Shown here piece after piece: positions 11,340 to 24,150 of a stretch of 45,227 nt of DNA. Made by a program: the position numbers and the translations under genes. Below the pieces are notes generated by a model. The model ran no database searches. It was not told the origin of the DNA and saw nothing but the letters and a program-made list of their open reading frames with translations. How positions within the stretch are numbered: the stretch's first letter is position 1; each line of letters opens with the position of its first letter. Source of the DNA: Octopus bimaculoides (Eukaryota). The stretch spans positions 12,545,231 through 12,590,457 of the forward strand of contig NC_069001.1 of the NCBI RefSeq assembly GCF_001194135.2, read 5' to 3'.

Positions 11340-12712
11340 CCCACAAATGAAACCGTAAGAAGTAACCGCTTTAAATATAAACTGAAAGAGTTGCTTGCTA
11401 GCCATGCCTAAAGAAGGGAATAAGATGTTTTGATACAGCTCTTTTGGCGTTGCTTGTATGGCGTCGTTGGGTCGACGCTGACTTATTTGACATCAAACTC
11501 TTAAATTTTTTCTCGTCCTCCGCCAACTCTCTCACTTCCGTTCTTTGCCTCTCTCTCTCGTTCTTTCACCCCTCTCCCTATCCCTGTCTTTCTTTTTATC
11601 AGTGTGATCACCCTAGTTATATTCGTATGAGGGCATAATGTCTCTCACAAACGCTCTCTCTCTCTTTCTTTCTCTCTCTGTCTGCCTGTTTATCTGTCTT
11701 CTCCCTCTCTCTCTCTCTCCCTCTCCATTTGTATTTAGTTATTTGTACTCGTCCTTGCGCATGCGTTTCTCGGTGTTTATCTCCAGTGCCAAATGTTACT
11801 ATCGCCTAAGCTGGTTCCACGTTCAGTCAGATGAGCCAAATATGAGCGTCCAAACAGCTGCACCTAGTCGTCTCATCCCGTCTACGAGAGTTTTCTTTCA
11901 GCTCTTAAATGCCGTCCGAATACAAGTACATACAAACAACTTCCATGGCTCTGTAAACACTTGGTAAATTTAAAGGCAACGAGCTTTTAATATTTTCCGT
12001 GTTTTGAGACAAATTACAATGTACCAGTCCGAGGCGGTGCATTGATGGAACATTAAGATGCTTCGAAGAGTCGTGTATTTTCTGATGCCAACATCTACGA
12101 AAATATAAGCCCCCAACTGCATCGACCCACGTCGGCAGCCGTTCCCTTTCGATACACGTCGGTGTCTTGGAAAGGAGAGACTAGCACACATGGACAGCTA
12201 CCACACTTTCTCGCAAACATTTGATCTGGGCCTTCATATGAGTGTGCAGTTGGATGGCCCGTCTTCGCAGACAATGACCCTACAATGGCAAACATTAAAG
12301 AACATTCATTATTGGAATGTTCTAGCAATCATTGTTTAACCTTCAGTTAGCTTTGACAAGGGAGAATTACTAGGAGCTAAATATTTTAGTTTTCATTTGT
12401 ATTTATTTTATTTATATACTTAATTTATTTATGCGACATTTTTGCGAAGCACAAATATAAATCATTTTCTAATTGGCTTGGATACAACAATCATGAATGG
12501 ATCAAGAATCCCGAAGTAAATGAAGACTGCCAATATCATTCTGAAACAACATTATTCAATATATTGTGTACTCATGTGATTATGTTTATTTTAGACTGTC
12601 GATAATCCTGGGTCAAGATCGGGATACTGATGCCAATAAACATAAATACATTAAATACATACATACATATGTATATATAATTACATATATATGTATGTGT
12701 ATGCATATATAA

Positions 12713-12762
<50 letters not shown>

Positions 12763-13183
12763 GCAAATCTACATATATATGCTTTAGAAACATAAATACG
12801 TACAGGCATACATATAAATACAAACATGCAGAGAGAATTAGATTTTGCTGGTTATGCTGTTGATTTTGTAGTATATGGTATAGATTGTATGGTGCTGCAG
12901 TATATTCAAGTGTGTATAACTACGCACATAAGTAAATAACTCCATTGTCTACAGAAGGTTTATAATATCGAACGTTGTGCGGGATTATGAAATATTTCTG
13001 TAACGAATACTTACAACATTTATTGCATAACAGACAGAATTACAATTCATCCATATATACACGCATACATATATGTATATAGATAGATAGATATATAGAT
13101 AGATACGTAATAGTTGCATATATATGTATTAATAAATATATATATATATACACACATATATGTACACCTATATATTTATGTAA

Positions 13184-13310
<127 letters not shown>

Positions 13311-13995
13311 CGTATAACACCTATGATTAAATGTGCACTTATACTTGCTCACCCGATGCAATAATATCACTATATGAATTAGCTTCTACTTTTCGACAAA
13401 ATTCTTATTTATTTTGTTTACGCAAGCATACATGCACACGTGCACGCGCACGCAGATACACATAAAGATACATTAAATAACATACGAGAGGATTTCTAGA
13501 TTTCTTGAATTGCTTTCCACTTCCAGATAGGGTAAAGCAATTCCTTGCTGAAGAATGGTATCATCTTCCACTACGGAGATGAAGATATTTCAGACATCAA
13601 GAATAATGCACGCTTCACATGACTTGAAGTAAAAGAAAAATTATCTGAAGACCAGTATGCACATGTTTTAGCCTCAACTGACATCATTAGCTCAACGGTT
13701 TTCCGACCTTAACTTCGGGTGGCGTAAAACAAACATATATGCATTTATGAAGTCTAAGTACTTTGTACAAATGACAAGGAAATGAGCCAAGAGAATTAGC
13801 TCAGAATGGCAAGTTGCATGTTTTAGCAACAAAGACGCGAAAGACTATATTAAATAACATGCAAGAATTTTTTTTCCATTTACTGAAATTTTCTTTCCTG
13901 CCGTATATAATTGTGTGTGTGTTTGTGTGTGAGTCAAAATATGTGTACATCTATGCACCTATATGTATGTTTGTGTAAATATTCTATAGAATAAT

Positions 13996-14194
13996 CAGGC
14001 GTGGCCTTTTGGTTAGCAGCTGACTTTCTAATCAGTTGGTCTGTATTCTGTCCCACTAACTGGCTCCTGGCACTTTGGCCACGATTATTCTAACAAAGCC
14101 TCGGGTACGGGAACTGAAAAACAGCCTGCCATATACACCCATGTATACATAAGTACATACATGTGTGTGTGTCTGTGTATGTGTGTGAGAGAGA

Positions 14195-14237
<43 letters not shown>

Positions 14238-14310
14238 TGTGTGTGTCAAGCCGCTTGTCGTTTTCTTTCTGGCTGAAGATTACGAGAAATAGATAATTTG
14301 GTTGTTCCAT
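13996..14310 (+). mobile_element. Degenerate family A SINE with expanded (TG)n hub
   Basis: caggcgtggccttttggttagcagctg...ttctgtcccact...ggcactttggc...aaagcctcggg...ggaactgaaaaacagcctgcc, followed by (TG)n. Confidence 0.65.
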
Positions 14311-14915
14311 TAATCTAAAATCTAGACTTGTCTGCGTGTACATCGGCGGAGGCTACATTCAATTTTATCATCAGTGAGTAACTAGTTGAATCTATCAGTG
14401 TATGTGGGATGACAAAGATGTGCTTCTTTGCTTGTACATGTATCTGTTCGAGACTGTTTCGCTTGTGCGTTTCTGTGCATGTGCTTGTGTGTGCGCGTGT
14501 GTGGGGGATGAGTGGGAGTGTCGGTGTGTGTGTGTGTGTGTGTGTGTCTGTGTGTGTGTGTGTCTGTGTGTGTTCTTGTGTTTTGTACGTGAAAACGTGA
14601 TAAAACTAGCTGAATCAGCTATAATAATGTCAATTTATAGCACCTGAGAATCAAATTTGTTTCAGATTTTTCGAAGAATAAGATTGTAAATCATATTTAG
14701 CGTTACAAGCACACACATACACACAGACGTACCCCTACAGACACGGATACACACAGACATGAAAACATACACGCGTATATTGACACCTGTATAGACATAC
14801 AGGTATAGACATACAGGTACAGACACACACAGATATGCGCACGCAAATACTTCTTTACATTATCTTGACACTAACGACTAACCTAATTTGCTGGCAAGGA
14901 GTTCAGTATGTCTCA

Positions 14916-14953
<38 letters not shown>

Positions 14954-15008
14954 NNNNNNNNNNNNNNNNNNNNNNNNNNNNNNNNNNNNNNNNNNNNNNN
15001 NNNNNNNN

Positions 15009-15041
<33 letters not shown>

Positions 15042-15429
15042 TGTGTGTGTGTGTGTTCCATGATGAACAAGATTATAGATACGCCATTTTGAACCGCGAT
15101 ACTCGCTCTCTTCCCGACTCTTTTACAAAAAGAGATAAGAAAAATCCGACGTAGTATTCTAGATATTTCTGTGGAGAAATGTCGGTATTCTATTATTGTT
15201 CTTCTAAAGAAAAAGCAATATATATGTATGCATATTCCGCATGTATGTAGTTATGTATGCACGTATGTATGTATATATATATATGCATATATATATAAAT
15301 ACATATAAATTGCATATCTATATATGTGTGCATGTATGTATGTATGTATGTATGTATGTATGTTTGTTTGTTTGTATGTGTGTATATATGTATGTGTGTA
15401 TGTATAAATAATTAAATACAGAAATATTT

Positions 15430-15531
15430 ATTATTATCGCTATAGCTACTTTGCTGCAACCGTCGTTATCATAGTCAGCATCGTTGTCATCGTCATCGCC
15501 ATCATCATCATCAGCAATAGTACCCTTATCA

Positions 15532-15572
<41 letters not shown>

Positions 15573-15600
15573 TTCATTATTAGAATTGTCATTATCGTTC
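15430..15600. repeat. (ATC/GTC)n and (ATT)n simple sequence
   Basis: Directly visible. Confidence 0.9.
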
Positions 15601-15720
15601 TTGTATTTTTTCATTAAGATTTTCCACACTAGATGTAGTAAACTTTTCTACTTCATATTCTGGTAGAATCGTTTAGAAGAAAATACGGTTCACGTATTTA
15701 TTTCCAAATCTTTACATTTA

Positions 15721-15964
15721 GCTTATAATCATAAGGTCATGAGTTCGATACGTAGCAACGTTTTGTCACATTGCTCCAGTCCACGTTTTTTTTTTAAATG
15801 GCCAGCCATGCCACATCCTATGTTACGATGTTTCTCCCTGATAACTACGTTAAGGGTACGTGTGTCTGTGGAGATTTCAGCCACTTGCACGTTTATTTTA
15901 CGAGCAGGCTGTTCCGTTGATCGAATCAGCTGTAACACTTGCCGTCGTCACCGACGGAGTACCA
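15721..15964 (+). mobile_element. tRNA-derived SINE, family C
   Basis: B-box gagttcgatac. ctacgttaagggtacg and acgagcaggctgttccgttgatcg...accgacggagtacca are shared with 20232-20555. Confidence 0.88.
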
Positions 15965-15979
15965 GGCGTATTTTGCGGT

Positions 15980-16075
15980 CGATTACTGTCGAAGTTATTT
16001 GCGCCTTCTTCCCTTCTGGGATCCAGAAAATAAAGTACCAGTCAAATACCGTGTTAGATTTGATCGATTAGGTAC
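15980..16075 (+). mobile_element. Degenerate family B SINE fragment
   Basis: gccttcttcccttctgggatccagaaaataaagtaccagt...gatttgatcgatt parallels ctttcggggtcgataaaataaataccagt...gatgtaatcgact at 36220-36276. Confidence 0.55.
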
Positions 16076-16183
16076 CTTTTGATCGATTAAACACTTTCAG
16101 CAATCCTTATCCAAAAAATATGAAGCTCTATTCCGATGTTAAAACTGAGATATTATAATACTTTTTTGATCTAAGCACAGGGT

Positions 16184-16360
16184 CCGAAATTTTGGAGGAG
16201 GTGGGAGGACCAGTCGATTAGATCGACGCCAGTATGCAACTGGTACTTAATTTATCGACCCCGAAAGGATGAAAGGCAAAGTCGACCTTGGCAGAATTTG
16301 ATCTCAGAACATAAAGACAGATGAAATTCCGCTAAGCATTTCGCTCGGCGTGCTAACGTT
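16184..16360 (-). mobile_element. Family B SINE (MetaSINE-like core)
   Basis: Reverse complement contains gttctgagatcaaattctgccaaggtcgactttgcctttcatcctttcggggtcgataaattaagtaccagt, closely matching 36108-36345. I recall this core as the Meta domain of MetaSINEs (unverified). Confidence 0.9.
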
Positions 16361-16364
16361 TCTT

Positions 16365-16472
16365 ATTTCGTCCGTCTTTACATTCTGAGTTCAAAAGCCA
16401 CCCAGGCTGACTATGAAAGCAGTCCAGCACGAGGAACGATTAAATCGACTTGCCTCTCCTCCATCAAAATTT
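16365..16472 (+). mobile_element. Internally deleted family B SINE, head-to-head with previous copy
   Basis: atttcgtccgtctttacattctgagttcaaa...gattaaatcgacttgcctctcctccatcaaaattt. Confidence 0.8.
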
Positions 16473-16506
16473 AAGGAGTACATATAGCAGAGTGGATTAT
16501 TATTAT

Positions 16507-16507
16507 C

Positions 16508-16557
<50 letters not shown>

Positions 16558-16576
16558 CAGCAGCAGCAGCAGTAGC
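16507..16576. repeat. (AGT)n(AGC)n
   Basis: Directly visible. Confidence 0.95.
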
Positions 16577-16716
16577 AATATTACATATGTCTGATTTATT
16601 TCAATTAACGTTTACCAAATCAAGATGTAGATGTTTCTTCCACGAACGATGACGGAGTAAATTACATAGGATGCAGTGTTTCAGTGTGTGTGAGAGTCTA
16701 TTTTTGTGAGTGGGTG

Positions 16717-16758
<42 letters not shown>

Positions 16759-17014
16759 TGTTTGGACGTATGCGTGTCTCAAAGTGTGTATCTGTTTGTG
16801 TGTGTGTGTGTATTCATATGAAGCTTTCTTAAATTCAATTACTATTTCCTTATCGCACCAGTGTCATATAAATCCCATGTTATAGACTTTCAATAATACG
16901 ATGACATAGGTAGATATGTTTTTTTCTTTATATCTCCATGTCTGCGGGTGTACTTGTGTCTGAATATATATATATATATATGCATACATATGTTTGTGTG
17001 TGCGTTATATATAC

Positions 17015-17051
<37 letters not shown>

Positions 17052-17245
17052 NNNNNNNNNNNNNNNNNNNNNNNNNNNNNNNNNNNNNNNNNNNNNNNNN
17101 NNNNNNNNNNNNNNNNNNNNNNNNNNNNNNNNNNNNNNNNNNNNNNNNNNNNNNNNNNNNNNNNNNNNNNNNNNNNNNNNNNNNNNNNNNNNNNNNNNNN
17201 NNNNNNNNNNNNNNNNNNNNNNNNNNNNNNNNNNNNNNNNNNNNN

Positions 17246-17301
<56 letters not shown>

Positions 17302-17687
17302 CATGTATGTATGTATACATGAATACCAATGCTCAGAAACAAAACACAGTATATGCTTTGCGTATTAGACACGATGCGTTTTCATTCAGTAATCTATTTC
17401 TAGTACAACAGATCTAATTTGGTTATTTCAATTACTAAGATTCATACCATCACCAGACTCAAGCAAAAGGAATTATAACATTGTTCTGACCTACATGTCG
17501 TGTACTAAGCCATCGAATGTCTATCTCACGATCGTCTTCCATATTTACCTCTTGATAAAGTACAAGCGCCCGAAACGTCGGTGGTGATTTCTATTTTTCC
17601 CTTTTAAATATAAAACTTCAGTCTTTTCTTTCCTTGTTTTTAGTCTGTATGTGTGTTCGTGTGTGTGAAAGCGTGCGTGTGTGTGAA

Positions 17688-17930
17688 AAGGTAGCCTAGT
17701 CGTTGGAATGTCACACGCACAGTCTCAGGGTCGTGGTTTCGATTCTCAGACAAGGAAGTACATGGTGTTCTGAAGCAAGGACTTCGTATCATTTGCTTTT
17801 CATCCATTTCGACACACGATGTGTGGTACGCCTTGCATCTGAACAAAGGCAGTTGATTTTGATTCAGGGAGTGACTTGAAGTACAGGACAAACATGGGAT
17901 CACAATAAAAGAAAGTCCTCTATGCAGGTT
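17688..17930 (+). mobile_element. Degenerate tRNA-headed SINE
   Basis: A-box-like tagcctagtcgtt, B-box-like ggtttcgattc, then gttctgaagcaaggac as in family C heads. The 3' boundary is uncertain. Confidence 0.5.
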
Positions 17931-19023
17931 GTTCACCAAAACATTGCAGCACCCTCAAGTGTTGCCTACGATCTCACTTATGTATATATATAAAGTTTTC
18001 AGGCTTCGTTGGAATCAGTATTCAAATAGAAGAAGCACCACGATAGAGTCGGGGATAGCGCACCCGTACACTTGCATTTTGTACTGGCATATGCGTAACG
18101 TACTTACTAAAGTAAATACAGATTTATCATTCTAGTTATTCACAAATTCACAAATGGCTGGCAGAAATCATAACGTCTCTTCAAAGTCAAACAAGGGTTC
18201 ACACAATACACGTATTCCACAGTCGACTATCGGCACCACAACAAAACCTTTCGAAGGTACGCACACACAAATAAACACACGCACACACACACAGGCACAC
18301 TCACACTCACGCACAAACACACATGCACAAACACACATATATAAACATACGGCAAATAGGTACATGTATACTCAGTTTGAAACACTTCTTTTTATGAATA
18401 ACCATTAGTTCAACCTAGATTTCATACAAATCACTTTGACACACTATTCTGCCAATCGTTCTTATATTGACCTCCACCTTCTTATTTCCTTCTACACTTT
18501 CTCTGTCGCATTCCATTCTTCCATCATTCTCCGCATTTCCTCTTAAATATTATAAGTTATTTTGTCTGATGTTGCCAGATGTATTTTCTATTTTCCTTTG
18601 TATGAATAACATTTTATATGTGTGATTTTCCGGCTCTTTTCGGGTATTATATATATATATANNNNNNNNNNNNNNNNNNNNNNNNNNNNNNNNNNNNNNN
18701 NNNNNNNNNNNNNNNNNNNNNNNNNNNNNNNNNNNNNNNNNNNNNNNNNNNNNNNNNNNNNNNNNNNNNNNNNNNNNNNNNNNNNNNNNNNNNNNNNNNN
18801 NNNNNNNNNNNNNNNNNNNNNNNNNNNNNNNNNNNNNNNNNNNNNNNNNNNNNNNNNNNNNNNNNNNNNNNNNNNNNNNNNNNNNNNNNNNNNNNNNNNN
18901 NNNNNNNNNNNNNNNNNNNNNNNNNNNNNNNNNNNNNNNNNNNNNNNNNNNNNNNNNNNNNNNNNNNNNNNNNNNNNNNNNNNNNNNNNNNNNNNNNNNN
19001 NNNNNNNNNNNNNNNNNNNNNNN

Positions 19024-19061
<38 letters not shown>

Positions 19062-19097
19062 CACACACATCTGCATATATATGTGTGTGTGTGGTTG

Positions 19098-19143
<46 letters not shown>

Positions 19144-19204
19144 TGAATATTTATATATCATTATTTAAACAAATATATTACGTAACTCCAAGTTTCACCG
19201 TTTT

Positions 19205-19590
19205 CAGTCATGAAAGTTGACGTCATCGCCATCAGCCATATAATCGCTGCTATCATCATCTTCGAGATAATCATGATGTGCAGCAGCATCATTACCATCA
19301 TCATCACCAGCACCAGCACCACGACCAGCGTCGTTATTATCCTTATCGTCACCTTCTTCATAAGGATAGTCGTCGTCGTCGTCGTCGTCAACATCATCTT
19401 CATCATCGTCGTGGTCGTTATCTTCAGCATCACCATCGTAGACGTCGTCGTCGTCGTTATTATTGTCGTCATCGTCATCATCGTCTTCATCGAAGTCGCC
19501 GGCAATAGTCGTAGACGTCGTTGTCGTCAACAACGGCTTTGCCGCAGCTGACGCATCCGTATCGACGTCGGCGTCATTGTCGTCATGGTG
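19205..19590. repeat. (CAT/CGT/GTC)n cryptic simple sequence
   Basis: Triplet low complexity, open in several frames on both strands. Confidence 0.85.
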
Positions 19591-20231
19591 ATAGAGCTTG
19601 AAAGTCATTAAACGTAAAAATGTATGACTTCTGTGATTGTCTTGTTTCAAATTTCCTTTCACGTAACCAGAAGCAATATAGGGATATTATATAAACACAT
19701 ACACATTCATATACTGTCCACGCGATAATGATTATATGCACGTCCTCATATTAAGCCACACACACACACAAACCGGCATACGTACACGCACACTCGCACG
19801 CACGAAGTCACACATAGGAGCTTGATATATGAGCAGTTATCAACACACAGACAGATATTAAAAGACACACGCACGCATTCAGACAGACAAGGACACACGC
19901 ACACATACACACGCACAGTAGTACATACATATACGTACAAGAAATACACACATATGCATACATGTCCATGAACACACTCTCTCCCTCAGCAACGGTTATA
20001 TTGAAACTCCCAGATAGGATATACTTATACAAGCAGCAATAGTTACTCATACAGATACATACATACATACATACACACACACACATACACACACACACAC
20101 GTGTACACACGAACACACACGCGCAAAGGGTAAAACATACATACAAGGAAGTACACACATGCGCATACATACGCGTACTCATACTCAAATTAATTTATAC
20201 TGAAATAATACAATTATATTTAAGAGAATGT

Positions 20232-20555
20232 GAAGGCGTGTGGTTTAGTGGTTATGGGCTTTCGGATCATTATCGTAAGCTCATGGGTTCGATTCCCAGC
20301 GGCGCGTTATGCTCTTCAGCAAGACACTTTACTTCACATTGCTTCAATTCACTCACCCGGTAAAAATGAGTAGTACCTGTATTTCAAAGGGGCCAGCTTT
20401 GCCAAATGCTGCGTCACGCTGCATCTCTCTTAGATCTACGTTAAGGGTACGCCTGTCTATGAAATACTCAGCTGCCTGCACGCTAATATCACGAGCAGGA
20501 TGTTCCGTTGATCGGATCAATCGGAACCCTCGTCGATGTAACCGACGGAGTACCA
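20232..20555 (+). mobile_element. Full-length tRNA-derived SINE, family C
   Basis: A-box tggtttagtgg, B-box ggttcgattccc, cagcaagacactttacttcac, aaatgagtagtacctgtatttcaaagg, 3' end accgacggagtacca. Confidence 0.92.
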
Positions 20556-21306
20556 TTTATTCAAGAAATCAGTGATGACTCTCCCAAGTATACTCGAAAG
20601 ATCATCAACCCTAATAAAACACAAACTATAATAACTTGGCTATAATATTAATATTATTACTGCTCCCAGCTAGATGTGGATGCTGCTGTGTTTGTACCTC
20701 CCCTTGGTGCCTATTTAATTATGGACATATCACAATACCAATGATACAACGCTGGTTTTGGGACTGGCTTATAAAATCGTTAGTCCTCTAGGACGAGCAA
20801 CGTTTGATCAACAATTTGCAATTGTTGTCTGAGTCTTTTTATCCCGCTTTAATTAACTGATGTTTTTCATCTGGTTTTTATTGTTGCTGCAGTGTTGGTT
20901 GTGGCATTAACTTGCAAACTTTTTATTCTGCAAGAACCATCAGGGCTTAATTAACGAAAAGGTTTGGGTTGCTTTTTTATTTTTGTTTAATTAAATTCTT
21001 TTTTTTTCTTTAATTAGCAATTCGGTGTTCGACTTTTAATGTTGGAATCAATTAATTTGATCCATTATATATTGCAAAGAGATTATACAACGTCCGAAGG
21101 AATGACTTCCTTCAGATGTATGACAGATTCTTTGAGACTATGCTCCGAATGAGATCCCTACTATTCCATATTCATGCGTGAGGTGCGTATTATAGAAACG
21201 TGCCTTTCAGGGCTCTAGCCATCACAAGATACCTGATGTATTGCAACCCCTAAAACAGCGGTTGGGTTACCACCTCTATCAACCCCAATAGGATAAAAGA
21301 CAGAGT

Positions 21307-21552
21307 AAAGACCCTTTCTGACTCATATAGGCTCATAGGGCCGGTTTCCCTGTTTACGTTGGTGTATGTATTCCCCGGTTGGACGGAACGCCGGTCTGAT
21401 CCGGGATTACTCATTATCGCTTGCAAAGTAAACTGGATTAACGTGAAATTAAGTAATTTACGCAAAAATAAAACATGTTGACGGTTCGAGAAATCGAAAC
21501 CAAAATGTAGTTATCATGAGTCCAAACTCATATCCACTAAGCCACGCGCCAC
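21307..21552 (-). mobile_element. tRNA-derived SINE, family C' (C-type head, different 3' half)
   Basis: Reverse complement begins gtggcgcgtggcttagtgg...ggtttcgatttc and ends with ggaccggc-like ccgtccaaccggggaatacataca. Confidence 0.75.
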
Positions 21553-22635
21553 ATGATACAAAAAGGAGCGTATTTTGCTGCCGTCATTAGGATACTACAA
21601 AGATTTTTATGGAAACATGCACCTACGTATATGCAGACTAGCAATCGCCTCTATCACTCTCACCAATCAGTAATGGTGTAGAAGGATCTCGCAAGCAGCA
21701 ACCCTCGTTAATTGATTTACTTGTTAAATGAAGCAAGCAAAGACGTCAATGAACCGTGCTTTTTTTTAATCCTTCATACACAATTTCACGANNNNNNNNN
21801 NNNNNNNNNNNNNNNNNNNNNNNNNNNNNNNNNNNNNNNNNNNNNNNNNNNNNNNNNNNNNNNNNNNNNNNNNNNNNNNNNNNNNNNNNNNNNNNNNNNN
21901 NNNNNNNNNNNNNNNNNNNNNNNNNNNNNNNNNNNNNNNNNNNNNNNNNNNNNNNNNNNNNNNNNNNNNNNNNNNNNNNNNNNNNNNNNNNNNNNNNNNN
22001 NNNNNNNNNNNNNNNNNNNNNNNNNNNNNNNNNNNNNNNNNNNNNNNNNNNNNNNNNNNNNNNNNNNNNNNNNNNNNNNNNNNNNNNNNNNNNNNNNNNN
22101 NNNNNNNNNNNNNNNNNNNNNNNNNNNNNNNNNNNNNNNNNNNNNNNNNNNNNNNNNNNNNNNNNNNNNNNNNNNNNNNNNNNNNNNNNNNNNNNNNNNN
22201 NNNNNNNNNNNNNNNNNNNNNNNNNNNNNNNNNNNNNNNNNNNNNNNNNNNNNNNNNNNNNNNNNNNNNNNNNNNNNNNNNNNNNNNNNNNNNNNNNNNN
22301 NNNNNNNNNNNNNNNNNNNNNNNNNNNNNNNNNNNNNNNNNNNNNNNNNNNNNNNNNNNNNNNNNNNNNNNNNNNNNNNNNNNNNNNNNNNNNNNNNNNN
22401 NNNNNNNNNNNNNNNNNNNNNNNNNNNNNNNNNATATATATGGAAGATCTTATTACATACATTGTAGTGTAAAAGCCAGTCAGCTGAAAGTGTTATCGAA
22501 AAGTCACTCAGTATAAAACACATCATTGATAAAAGACAACTTGCATAATTTTGCTTTCCATTATTTTTCTTATTCTTTTTTGCTTCAATAATTTTTCTTT
22601 TCTTTTGGTTAGTTTTTAGTCAATTTTTTTTTTCC

Positions 22636-22684
22636 ACTCACCTGAAAGTAGAAAGAAAAAAAGAGAAAAAAAAAGATTCGTTAG
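22636..22684 (-). promoter_or_regulatory. Candidate recursive splice site (branch point + polypyrimidine tract + CAG|GTGAGT)
   Basis: Minus strand reads CTAAC GAA TCTTTTTTTTTCTCTTTTTTTCTTTCTACTTTC AG|GTGAGT. There is no other AG between the branch point and the acceptor. Confidence 0.55.
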
Positions 22685-22884
22685 ATATTTCGGTGTAGCT
22701 TTAAAAAAATCAATAATAGAAGTTATAGACAATTATAATAAATGACGCGGTCTGAAAAGAAAAAAAAACATATAGCACACATTATAATCATATATATATA
22801 TACATATATACACATTAAAATCACATGTATATATATATACACACACATATATATATAAACATATGCATACATATATATATATAC

Positions 22885-22946
<62 letters not shown>

Positions 22947-24150
22947 GTCATTTGTATATAAGTGTATATGTGTGAGTATATTCATACATTGTGTGTGGGA
23001 GCGGTGAGTGAGTTTGCGGATGTACGTATCTATGTATATATGATGTGTGTGCGTCTATGCTTTTGTATGTCGTTCTCGATGTCGTTCAGTGCTCGTCAGT
23101 GCGTTATTACTTCGCAAGATATAATGCAATTTCATTATACCTTTGCTCGTATGCATGGTTTAATCAGCCTCTTTCATACACTGTCTCTCGTTTCTCTTTT
23201 TCTGTCTCTTCCTGTGAAGATTCTTTGGAAAGTCGCCAAGACAGGTTAATGAGGACACGCAATCAGAAACTACCCCATAGCAAGTAGTTCATTTATGTTG
23301 CTTTGACTTCACCACATGCTTATAGAACTCATATGATCCAACATCCAATTTAGACACTTTATAAGCATTCATTCCATATGGATTACATAAATTAATGAGA
23401 GTCGACGTTTCATTTGAGATCCTCCCTCTTTCACAGCTTATCCTTTTGGTTCCAGTGCTGTAATTTAAGGTATTTGAGGCTGTATAAGAACAAGGAGTTC
23501 CGGAATATTTTTCCTGTATGCTACGTTAAATTTTCTACTGTATCTTCCAGGTTGTACTGACCCTATCACCCTCCCACTTCATATATATATATATATATAT
23601 ATATANNNNNNNNNNNNNNNNNNNNNNNNNNNNNNNNNNNNNNNNNNNNNNNNNNNNNNNNNNNNNNNNNNNNNNNNNNNNNNNNNNNNNNNNNNNNNNN
23701 NNNNNNNNNNNNNNNNNNNNNNNNNNNNNNNNNNNNNNNNNNNNNNNNNNNNNNNNNNNNNNNNNNNNNNNNNNNNNNNNNNNNNNNNNNNNNNNNNNNN
23801 NNNNNNNNNNNNNNNNNNNNNNNNNNNNNNNNNNNNNNNNNNNNNNNNNNNNNNNNNNNNNNNNNNNNNNNNNNNNNNNNNNNNNNNNNNNNNNNNNNNN
23901 NNNNNNNNNNNNNNNNNNNNNNNNNNNNNNNNNNNNNNNNNNNNNNNNNNNNNNNNNNNNNNNNNNNNNNNNNNNNNNNNNNNNNNNNNNNNNNNNNNNN
24001 NNNNNNNNNNNNNNNNNNNNNNNNNNNNNNNNNNNNNNNNNNNNNNNNNNNNNNNNNNNNNNNNNNNNNNNNNNNNNNNNNNNNNNNNNNNNNNNNNNNN
24101 NNNNNNNNNNNNNNNNNNNNNNNNNATATATATATATATATGACATGTAT

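Noticed and set aside
13500-13730. Possible Tc1 transposase C-terminus (FPLPDRVKQFLAEEWYHLPL)
   Set aside because: Short resemblance only. No continuation, DDE motif or TIR was found.
19204-19662. Asp-rich 152-aa ORF resembling acidic biomineralisation proteins
   Set aside because: It derives from GAC/GAT simple repeats. Overlapping frames on both strands are equally open, and there is no signal peptide or splice context.
20232-20305. tRNA gene
   Set aside because: The A/B boxes belong to a SINE head. No cloverleaf is evident, and the sequence continues into SINE body shared with other copies.
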